Source: an uncultured virus (IMG/VR IMGVR_UViG_3300018049_001835)
Lineage: Duplodnaviria; Heunggongvirae; Uroviricota; Caudoviricetes
IMG/VR virus record: IMGVR_UViG_3300018049_001835
Length of the DNA: 57,409 bases
Reading direction: 5' to 3' (one strand)
The position numbers and the translations under genes were made by a program. Numbering within the stretch: the stretch's first letter is position 1; every line of letters begins with the position of its first letter. Under the pieces are notes generated by a model. The model saw nothing but the letters and a program-made list of their open reading frames with translations, was not told the DNA's origin and did not search any database. Of this stretch, positions 48,877-56,514 are shown one piece after another.

Positions 48877-49986
48877 TTATGCATATATTTTTCCTGCGAA
48901 GTCTTTTGCCATTGAGTTATAATCTTCTGTTGCTAGACCATATTTGTATAGGTCAATACTAGCAAGATTCTTAGACTTAGACTCGACCATAATGTCTGCG
49001 TAATCTAAAAATTCTAATGCCCAGTCGTTAACAGCATTATTCCACATAAAGTCAGAATGTGCTCTAAGTTTTTGCTTCTTAAAGCCTTGCTCTAATAGCG
49101 AATCCATATTAGGTAAAGAGTTATCATCATGGTCTACTAGTAGATCTTCGCGTGAAACTGAGTAATGAATAACAGGTCTTACTCCACGCCAACTGTCAAC
49201 TATACGTAAAAATCTATCGTCGGTGGGCGATATGTATTCTCCACTAGCAACCCAGTGGTGGTGTATGTCCAATACGAGAGCGACATGCTTTTCAAGTTCG
49301 AGGCTTGCGTCAATGCCCCAAGACATTTCGTCGTTTTCGATTGTGATTGCGTTTCGCGCTTCTGGCGAGAGTCTCGGTAAGACGTCGATGATGCCTTGTG
49401 GACCTTTTCGACCCGATATGTGTACGTTGCATTTAAAGTCTTGGAAGGTGCGGCCGTATCCCATCCAGCGCAAGACATCGGTGTGATATTCAAATTCTTC
49501 TATGCTCCTCTCAACAATTTCCGGATTATCCGAGGCAAGTACAGTAAATTGTCCCGGATGCATTGATAGTCGGACGTCAAGGGCTCTTGCGGTTTCTCCA
49601 ACTTTTGCGAATTCTTTTTCACAGTATGCAACCACATCCGGCTTGCGCCAAAAATAACACCAAGTAGGCTCGGTATAAACAGGAAGTACATCACTACCCA
49701 ATCTGACCATTCTAAGTTGAGGGGGAAGACTTCCAACATATTCAATCAACCTTCTGTATGACGCTATGTTGTGGACCATAATGTCCCACAAGCGTTCTTC
49801 AGCAACATCACGTGTTTGCCTATTGAGCCACGCAACTGTTGTGCTACGAGTATTTAGTGGTCGCTGTATCTCCTCAAGCAATTTCTTCTTCTGTGTTTGA
49901 TCAGGATACATGTATTTGCATGCAAAACCTATGCGTTTTTGTTGTGCTTTCAAAAAGTCACCTGCTGTTGTAAATTTTAAATCCAT
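48877..49986 (-). CDS. uvsE: UV-damage endonuclease UvsE/UVDE
   Basis: RIGFAC, RLSMHPGQF, IENDE, LDIHHH, HYS, AHSD and MVESK. Start at ATG 49986 (TAATG coupling). Confidence 0.92.
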   Translation of the reverse strand: MDLKFTTAGDFLKAQQKRIGFACKYMYPDQTQKKKLLEEIQRPLNTRSTTVAWLNRQTRDVAEERLWDIMVHNIASYRRLIEYVGSLPPQLRMVRLGSDVLPVYTEPTWCYFWRKPDVVAYCEKEFAKVGETARALDVRLSMHPGQFTVLASDNPEIVERSIEEFEYHTDVLRWMGYGRTFQDFKCNVHISGRKGPQGIIDVLPRLSPEARNAITIENDEMSWGIDASLELEKHVALVLDIHHHWVASGEYISPTDDRFLRIVDSWRGVRPVIHYSVSREDLLVDHDDNSLPNMDSLLEQGFKKQKLRAHSDFMWNNAVNDWALEFLDYADIMVESKSKNLASIDLYKYGLATEDYNSMAKDFAGKIYA

Positions 49987-50690
49987 TATATTTCTTCTAG
50001 TAATTGCCACGTTTCTTTATAATCTTTAACATTATAACACATACCTAAGTCACTGTCAATGATCTGTTTTTTAAGAGGATAATCATTTCCTGCTTTATCC
50101 ATCCTATCACCAAAAAAGTGTAATTCATCATTTATATCAAAGTCGTGTAGTATTTGACTTTTATCACTACCCTTGAGTCCAATATCAATACCTGTTTCTC
50201 CTCCAGGTCTTGCTTCTAACTCTGGAAAGAGCAAATTAAACTTTCCAGCTATTTTATTTCTTTCGTTATGTTCGAGATCATATTTTACATACAATTTGCG
50301 TTCGCCCAGTGTAGCATTGCGCCCAACTACGCTGTAATTTGTCATTCCGTGTCTATGTTCAAAATGTAGCCCAGTTCTTAACGGAAAAGCACTACTAGTG
50401 AGCTCAATCGACAACCATTCGTGTGCATCTTCTGGTAATGTCCATTCGGAGTGTTTAATATTAACTTTGCCTTCCCAAACATCATTACCGTTACATTGAT
50501 AAACACGTTTGCACAAGTTATAAGTTGGTTCTGTAATCTGTTCTATAGTTTTAGGTTTATCACTACCTGTTACAAGATATACGTCATTGACCATAGAGAA
50601 CGCATTAAAGAATGCTCTAAAGTCATAGTCCATTCTACCTCTGCTAGGAGTCAATGTTCCGTCTACATCAAATATATATTTTATCGCCAA
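49986..50690 (-). CDS. HAD-IIB phosphomannomutase-like enzyme
   Basis: FDVDGTLT, VTGSD, VGRNA, GGETGIDI, DKS and FFGD...GNDY. Probable TTG start at 50690. Confidence 0.82.
   Translation of the reverse strand: MAIKYIFDVDGTLTPSRGRMDYDFRAFFNAFSMVNDVYLVTGSDKPKTIEQITEPTYNLCKRVYQCNGNDVWEGKVNIKHSEWTLPEDAHEWLSIELTSSAFPLRTGLHFEHRHGMTNYSVVGRNATLGERKLYVKYDLEHNERNKIAGKFNLLFPELEARPGGETGIDIGLKGSDKSQILHDFDINDELHFFGDRMDKAGNDYPLKKQIIDSDLGMCYNVKDYKETWQLLEEI
50031..50059 (-). promoter_or_regulatory. Perfect sigma70 promoter with extended -10 for uvsE, inside the PMM gene
   Basis: TTGACA (50059-50054), N17 including TG, TATAAT (50036-50031). Confidence 0.75.
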
Positions 50691-51490
50691 TTTTCTACTA
50701 CCCATGGATCTTTGCAATGTTCTGGATTTGGATCTCCGTGGAAAACACACACGCAACATTCTATTCGAGGTACACAGTTTTCCACTACCTTAAATGTTCT
50801 TTTTCCTCTGACGCCGCCTGGTTCAAAATCTCTACTTTGTCTTACTTCCCATTTCCAACTTTGTGTCCAACTATCTGGATATAACATTGCGGCTTTTTCT
50901 TTATGTGTTACATCATACAAGTAGTCTTGATCACCAAAGAACAGTTTTTGATATTTTTCTGGATCTTGTTTATACTTGTCCCAAACAAACCCCAGTTCTC
51001 CTGTTTTAAACTTTATAACCGAACTGTTATACTTTTGATAACTAGGACGCATAGCTCGAGTGTAGTCTTTTACAATGCACCAATGATTAGGTTGCCAAGT
51101 TAATAACTTATCTATATTACCGCTTATAACAACATCTAAATCTAAGTACAGTATAGTTCCTTTAATGGGAAGATCTTTAGAAAACATATAAGGCTTGCAC
51201 CACCACCCATGTAAGCCTTTTGGTAAGTTGAGTATTTGTATGTTAGGATCTAACCCCATTGGATCGTCTGTAAGACATGCAAACTTATAGTCTAACGTAC
51301 AATTACGTTTTACCATATTATACAATTTGTTTACATAATCTGCAGAATATTTTGTGCCATGTTTAAGACATAACACAAAATAATCCTGCGGAAGTGTAGA
51401 AATAAGTTTACTAGCCTTTGCTTCTCTGCGTTCGGCCTTAATCTTTAACCATTCTTCCTTAGTGTATTGACTCTTATCAATCTTTGCCAT
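50681..51490 (-). CDS. GT-A fold glycosyltransferase
   Basis: CLKHGTKYSADYVNKL, YLDLDVV (DxD), NSSV, GDQDY and FHG.P.P. Start placed at ATG 51490. Confidence 0.78.
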   Translation of the reverse strand: MAKIDKSQYTKEEWLKIKAERREAKASKLISTLPQDYFVLCLKHGTKYSADYVNKLYNMVKRNCTLDYKFACLTDDPMGLDPNIQILNLPKGLHGWWCKPYMFSKDLPIKGTILYLDLDVVISGNIDKLLTWQPNHWCIVKDYTRAMRPSYQKYNSSVIKFKTGELGFVWDKYKQDPEKYQKLFFGDQDYLYDVTHKEKAAMLYPDSWTQSWKWEVRQSRDFEPGGVRGKRTFKVVENCVPRIECCVCVFHGDPNPEHCKDPWVVENWR

Positions 51491-51962
51491 CAGCAAACGA
51501 CATCTTTTGTGTTTGATATGGAGTATAAATTGCTGAGTTAGCACCGTGCTCTGCACACTCTGCACTCTCACACCAGCAACGTCCGTCACTCATTTCACGC
51601 ACAAGATTATCCGCAAACTTCCACGCATGATATGCAAACTTTTCTGCACCTACACCGTCAAAAATTCTTAGCTCTGCTAGTCCTTTTTCTTCTAGTGCTT
51701 TAAGCGTTTCAAGTTCAGGGTCGTCTGCATCTACAGCAACTTTATGATCAAAACTATCTTCTAGCCAAGCCTTCAAAGGTTTTAGTCCTCCAAAGTCTAC
51801 AGCCCAGTTTTTTTCATCTAGATCACTACAGCCAAATACAAATTTAAAAGCAAGACTGTAGCCATGCAATAAATGACAATGTGAATGTAATGCTTTTGGT
51901 TGACGGAACACCGCTGAAAGACCGATGTTGTGTCCGTATGTTTTAGTACTATAAAATGCCAT
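51477..51962 (-). CDS. queD: 6-carboxytetrahydropterin synthase/PTPS-family protein (QueD-like)
   Basis: HCHLLHGY, VDFGGLK...FDH and GAE motifs. AGGAG SD before ATG 51962. Confidence 0.85.
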   Translation of the reverse strand: MAFYSTKTYGHNIGLSAVFRQPKALHSHCHLLHGYSLAFKFVFGCSDLDEKNWAVDFGGLKPLKAWLEDSFDHKVAVDADDPELETLKALEEKGLAELRIFDGVGAEKFAYHAWKFADNLVREMSDGRCWCESAECAEHGANSAIYTPYQTQKMSFADGKD

Positions 51963-52024
51963 ATGTTTTCTCCTATAATATGGCGGCAGAATTAGAAGGG
52001 TTGACGCCAAGTCCTATATTAATA
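51963..52024 (-). ncRNA. Candidate structured cis-regulatory leader (riboswitch-like pseudoknot) of queD
   Basis: UGGCG/CGCCA stem whose loop segment CUUCUA can pair with the SD UAGGAG. It lies between a consensus promoter and queD. Confidence 0.45.
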
Positions 52025-52618
52025 TTAACTATTATACGATATGTTACTTATCGTGTCAACCATTACGTTAGGATAAATCCAGGATTCTTTTAGTTTTATA
52101 TGTTTATTATAGACTATAAATTTAGTTTTAGGAAAACATTGGAATACTTTTCCTATTTGGTGTATCCAATATCTAGGATCAACGGCTCTCTTATCTGCTC
52201 TATCATAGTTTCGTGTATCTTTGTATATGTTATTAACTGTGCTAGTGTCACTGTACATATCAAAGCCTATTAAATGAACTGTTTCTTTTTTGCTCTTTAG
52301 AGCTCCTAAAAGAACAGCATAAGGACCACTACCCCATTGAAATGGTTCGTCCCATCTCTCATTTCCTTCATAAGGTAAATTAGGAAGTAATCTTATGTTT
52401 TTGTGTTGTTTGAATCTAGGATACCAATCGCTTCTTGTGTAAATTTTTGTTTCCTCATTTATACCAGCGTTGATAGATTCTTCAACCATTCGTTTGTCAA
52501 CACAGATAAGATGATCCATTTTATAATCACGCATAATGGCATTGCACCCTATTTTAGTTCCAAACAGAGAGTCAATATCAAGCCGAGAACGGCTTTCACC
52601 GTTACCAAATACATACAT
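52025..52618 (-). CDS. Rossmann-like putative glycosyltransferase/DUF115-like protein
   Basis: VFGNGESR...IGCNA...LICVD...WGSG..A...HLIGFD. Confidence 0.55.
   Translation of the reverse strand: MYVFGNGESRSRLDIDSLFGTKIGCNAIMRDYKMDHLICVDKRMVEESINAGINEETKIYTRSDWYPRFKQHKNIRLLPNLPYEGNERWDEPFQWGSGPYAVLLGALKSKKETVHLIGFDMYSDTSTVNNIYKDTRNYDRADKRAVDPRYWIHQIGKVFQCFPKTKFIVYNKHIKLKESWIYPNVMVDTISNISYNS
52031..52059 (-). promoter_or_regulatory. Perfect sigma70 promoter for the queD, GT and PMM run
   Basis: TTGACA (52059-52054), N17, TATAAT (52036-52031). Confidence 0.8.
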
Positions 52619-52622
52619 ACAA

Positions 52623-52934
52623 TTATTTATTGTTGTTTATATCTTCTTTTAAGACAGTAATGTCTTGCTTAACTTCTTTAAATTTTTCAGCCGCTTGAGA
52701 CATTAATTCAACAACAGAGGAAATTTTATCTATTGCCCACCACCACCAAATTGCGGCGACGAACATAAAAGTACAAGTGCCTGTTAAAATAAGCCAATAA
52801 TATGTTTCATGAGCTCCTAGCCAATACGAAATCGCTAGAGCTATAAAGCCTGTCATGGGAAGTACACTGCCTATTATTTTCCAAATAAGTGCCTGTTTTT
52901 TAGTTTGTTTTTTTAATAAGTCAAAGTTAGTCAT
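52623..52934 (-). CDS. Two-TM membrane protein
   Basis: Two hydrophobic helices and a coiled-coil tail. Confidence 0.65.
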   Translation of the reverse strand: MTNFDLLKKQTKKQALIWKIIGSVLPMTGFIALAISYWLGAHETYYWLILTGTCTFMFVAAIWWWWAIDKISSVVELMSQAAEKFKEVKQDITVLKEDINNNK

Positions 52935-52976
52935 ACTAATATTTATAGGGTACTCTTACTTTATTTTGTTGGTAGT

Positions 52977-54110
52977 TTATGAGCTGATTTGACCGAAAGG
53001 CTTCCATTCTCCTGGAGTGCCTTCCAAAATGCATACCCAACCTATATAGCCTGTTGGCTTTGGGTCATCATTCCAAACTATATCGCCTTTACGATATTGT
53101 CCACTAGTGGGTGAACCGGAACCTACTTGCATTTTTTTGTTTTCAAATTTTATCGGGCCTGCAACAGCAAGATCGCTGTCGTCTGAAATTGTGTTTACAC
53201 CAACACCTAATTTACCATGTACTGTAACCCTTGCTGAGTCACTGTTCTTGTTACCTAGGTGTATTTTACCATTAGCACTTACACTAATTCTAGTTGTATT
53301 GTCAGTTATAATTTCTAGGTCATGTGTTGTATATGTTCCTAATTTGATCTCTGGTTGATCTATATCAATAACAAACTCAGAATCAAAGCCCATTATACCA
53401 ACAGCACCATTAGGTGCTTCAGTACCAATACCTAGCCTATCAGCATCGCTGTTCCAAAATAGATGTTGACCAAAAGAAACATTGCCTCTAACATTTAACT
53501 TATGAAGTGTACCTACTTCTCTAAGGCTACTTGTTTTAATATCAGGGCCTAGTGAATCTTTGCTTAGAACATAGTTGCCGTTTACAAAGTATGCAGCATC
53601 TGCATGTAAATCTATTGGATCACTACTCCAAAGTCTATCTGGATTAGGTCTGTACACAAACTGTTTTGTAGGTTGTCCTTTTTGCACCCACAATAATCCT
53701 TTATTATAGATGTTACCATCTGCATCATTGAATTCAAGTGGTCCAGATCTTTCATTTCTAACGTCTGCTGTAACTTCGTCAACATGAAGTTTTTTTGCAT
53801 AAACTTCGCCGTCTACATGTAAATTACCAGAAACATTTGTGTCGCCTACTAGTGTTTCTACGTCTATTGTATCAGTTAGTATTCCATCGTCATTTACAAA
53901 CACTACAAGTCTAGTTGACTCGTCTTTAATACCGGTGCTTTTAAACTTAGATATTGTACCTCCTTGAATTAAGTCTCCACTTAGGCTGTTATTTGCTAGT
54001 TTTGACATGTCAGGAGTGTTGTCTATGCTTGCTAAAGCATCAACAACTTCTGCTAAAATAGGTAGTCCTTCTACAGCAATACGGACTTTATTAGGATCTG
54101 GCTTCTTCAT
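52977..54110 (-). CDS. Putative virion structural protein
   Basis: Beta-rich, RLGIGT..P and GDIVWN..P..GYIGWVC motifs of fibre-like type; late-type promoter. Confidence 0.55.
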   Translation of the reverse strand: MKKPDPNKVRIAVEGLPILAEVVDALASIDNTPDMSKLANNSLSGDLIQGGTISKFKSTGIKDESTRLVVFVNDDGILTDTIDVETLVGDTNVSGNLHVDGEVYAKKLHVDEVTADVRNERSGPLEFNDADGNIYNKGLLWVQKGQPTKQFVYRPNPDRLWSSDPIDLHADAAYFVNGNYVLSKDSLGPDIKTSSLREVGTLHKLNVRGNVSFGQHLFWNSDADRLGIGTEAPNGAVGIMGFDSEFVIDIDQPEIKLGTYTTHDLEIITDNTTRISVSANGKIHLGNKNSDSARVTVHGKLGVGVNTISDDSDLAVAGPIKFENKKMQVGSGSPTSGQYRKGDIVWNDDPKPTGYIGWVCILEGTPGEWKPFGQISS

Positions 54111-54121
54111 GTAAGTATTTA

Positions 54122-55414
54122 TCAGTTTACTTTAAGAAGCACTGTATCCGGATTACAACGTCCGTTTAGTTTTGTATCAGTAGTTTTTATCTCCTCTAGA
54201 AACTTGCGTAATGCTACTTTACCTGCATTTTTAAACTCTTTTAGTTGTTCTTCTGGCTTACGTAGCGTCTTTTGAATACTTTCTTTTTCGTCAAACCCTA
54301 TTATTGTTGTGCCTTTAACACTAAGTCCAGTACCGTCTCTAGCAAGACCTTTTGGATCTATATTTGATGCAACATATTTGCCTAGTTTACGTGTCTTACT
54401 GTTAAACACCCACAGCTCACTAGCACCTACAATAAGTGTAGGATCAATACTTGCAAGTGAATACTTGTCATCTGCTTTGTTAAACTTCAACTTCTCTACA
54501 ATTTTACTTGCAGATCGTTGCTTAGGCTTACGTGGTTTACGTGTTGCCTTAGCTTGCTCAATAATAAAGTCTAGCTCTGCATTCACGGTTTCGATTGCTT
54601 TGCGATATTTTGCAATATCAGATTTTTTGTGATCTGCGTAACCTTCTTTTAGTTGTTCCCACATATCTCTTTCGTGTTCGTCCATTTTTGCCAACTGTCC
54701 TTTTGTTGGCATTCTTTCTAGGTCGTCAAAGTCTACTAGTTCCGACTCCCAAAAAGATTTCATTTTGCGAGCGTGAGCTTGACTTGGTTGAACTTTTTTA
54801 AAATATGCTTTAAAGTCAAACCCTTTTGGGTCAAACAACTTTGGGTCTTGTACCCAAACTTCCAACCATTCGTCAATTGGTTCAGACATATCATATGCCT
54901 GGTCTCTTATACGTTCTTGTATTGTAGGAACGTAGACGTTTGCTTTTGCTTTTTCTTCTTTTGTTTTAACTTGAACAGCCTTTGAGCCACCTTCAATGTA
55001 AGTTTCAATTCGTTTTTTAAGGAATTCGCTAGGACCTTTCTTAGGACCCATTGTGCCAGCAAGACTTTGCCAATGCTCATCTTCTCTCTTTACATAGTCA
55101 GGAGCACCATCTAAAAATGATTGTGCAACAATAGCACTTGTAATACTGATGTAAGTATTAGGCATTGCCTTTGCGTGTTTTATTTGTTCTTTAGTATATT
55201 CTCCGCTTGCTTCCATCCATTTGAATATACTAGGATACAAATCAGCTGGCTTATAATTTTCATAGTAAAAAGATCTTACATATTCTCTATGACGGTGAAT
55301 CTGTTCACCCGTCCATTCTTCCCAGCCATCCCAACTAGGCGCTGTAAGTTTAGCACCGCGTTTTAGACGAGGAGCCGCTCTAGGTTTTTTTCTTTTAGTC
55401 TTCGGCAGGGCCAT
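54122..55414 (-). CDS. Hypothetical phage protein (430 aa)
   Basis: GGAG SD and its own sigma70-type promoter. Confidence 0.7.
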   Translation of the reverse strand: MALPKTKRKKPRAAPRLKRGAKLTAPSWDGWEEWTGEQIHRHREYVRSFYYENYKPADLYPSIFKWMEASGEYTKEQIKHAKAMPNTYISITSAIVAQSFLDGAPDYVKREDEHWQSLAGTMGPKKGPSEFLKKRIETYIEGGSKAVQVKTKEEKAKANVYVPTIQERIRDQAYDMSEPIDEWLEVWVQDPKLFDPKGFDFKAYFKKVQPSQAHARKMKSFWESELVDFDDLERMPTKGQLAKMDEHERDMWEQLKEGYADHKKSDIAKYRKAIETVNAELDFIIEQAKATRKPRKPKQRSASKIVEKLKFNKADDKYSLASIDPTLIVGASELWVFNSKTRKLGKYVASNIDPKGLARDGTGLSVKGTTIIGFDEKESIQKTLRKPEEQLKEFKNAGKVALRKFLEEIKTTDTKLNGRCNPDTVLLKVN

Positions 55415-55443
55415 TTAAAATCTCCAAAAAGTTTATTACAAAA

Positions 55444-55472
55444 AGTATATATGCAAAGATTAAAAAAGTCAA
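55444..55472 (-). promoter_or_regulatory. Sigma70-type promoter
   Basis: TTGACT (55472-55467), N17, TATACT (55449-55444). Confidence 0.6.
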
Positions 55473-55708
55473 TCTTTTTTCAAACGTAGCACAGTTTCAT
55501 ACTTGCCAGCAAATTCTCCTGTTATAGTAACTCTATGTCCGTAGGAAAAATCGTCTGGTGCTATAGTGTACTTAATATTTTTTCCGTACTTCATAGCAAA
55601 TTTACCTTGCTGAGTTTGTTGCCATTCCCAAATTGGCGCTGTCACGTAAATATGCGGGTCCTCTACATCTCCCATCGTAAACTCATGCAAAACAAACTGT
55701 TTCTTCAT
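55469..55708 (-). CDS. Hypothetical protein
   Basis: ORF track; start placed at ATG 55708. Confidence 0.55.
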   Translation of the reverse strand: MKKQFVLHEFTMGDVEDPHIYVTAPIWEWQQTQQGKFAMKYGKNIKYTIAPDDFSYGHRVTITGEFAGKYETVLRLKKD

Positions 55709-56093
55709 CTTCAGTCCAATAAACATTCTTTAAATCGAAACTACTAATTAATTGCATACATCCTGGACACGGTTTTGCTAGTCCGGGAACAAATGTAGTT
55801 CCATATGGTTGAGTTTTCTTCAACCGTACAATGTACATATCACATTTTGATAATTGATCAACAGAAATGATTCTTAATGCATTTTTAATAGCATCAACTT
55901 CTGCATGTAAGTAGATTTGCCCATCCCTGTAACCGTTAGATTCACACATTAAGGGATGGGTCTTATAACTGTTTATACCTGTTGCAATTAGATGTCTTTT
56001 ATAGATAATACCGGCAGCCATTTTAACACGGCCTTGAACTCCAGGATTATCGTATGCAACCTGTAACAGTTTTTTGCGAATAAGAGAGTGCAA
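55683..56093 (-). CDS. Zinc-dependent cytidine/dCMP deaminase-family protein
   Basis: HAE...PCPGC motif. Confidence 0.8.
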   Translation of the reverse strand: MHSLIRKKLLQVAYDNPGVQGRVKMAAGIIYKRHLIATGINSYKTHPLMCESNGYRDGQIYLHAEVDAIKNALRIISVDQLSKCDMYIVRLKKTQPYGTTFVPGLAKPCPGCMQLISSFDLKNVYWTEDEETVCFA

Positions 56094-56105
56094 CTCATGA
56101 TGCCT

Positions 56106-56345
56106 TTATTTTTTCTTGAGCTCGTCTAAGATCTCATCACGTTCTGCTAGAAAGTCATTGTATCTATTACGCACAATATCAACTGTCATATCAACAAATA
56201 TTAAAATAGGCGTAATAAAAAATCCGTTCTCAACAAGCATTCCAAATACAATACCTAATATAAAATATCCAAGCATGCGTTTGCTGTAAGGTTGCCATTC
56301 TTGAAAGTTAAAATTCCATTTAAGGAAATACCAAATGTGTTTCAT
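56106..56345 (-). CDS. Small membrane protein
   Basis: Hydrophobic core and AAGGA SD. Confidence 0.6.
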   Translation of the reverse strand: MKHIWYFLKWNFNFQEWQPYSKRMLGYFILGIVFGMLVENGFFITPILIFVDMTVDIVRNRYNDFLAERDEILDELKKK

Positions 56346-56349
56346 GTCA

Positions 56350-56514
56350 CTATCCTTCGTTTTCTAAGTCCCAAATACAACGAGCATTTTCATACTTTTT
56401 ACTTTTTGTGTATTTGTAAAATTTATATTTTTTCGCCGGCTTCGAATCCCCGGAACGTTTTAAATCTTGGAAAACGTAACGAGTAAGTGCCGTCTTGATT
56501 TTGCGTAATTGCAT
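56350..56514 (-). CDS. Possible small basic protein (54 aa) overlapping the ligase 3' end
   Basis: Read by hand: MQLRKIKTALTRYVFQDLKRSGDSKPAKKYKFYKYTKSKKYENARCIWDLENEG. GAGG upstream; fills the gap to the next gene. Confidence 0.3.
   Translation of the reverse strand: MQLRKIKTALTRYVFQDLKRSGDSKPAKKYKFYKYTKSKKYENARCIWDLENEG

Noticed and set aside
49200..49745. Alternative-frame ORFs within uvsE as real genes
   Set aside because: No RBS or motifs; explained by locally higher GC.
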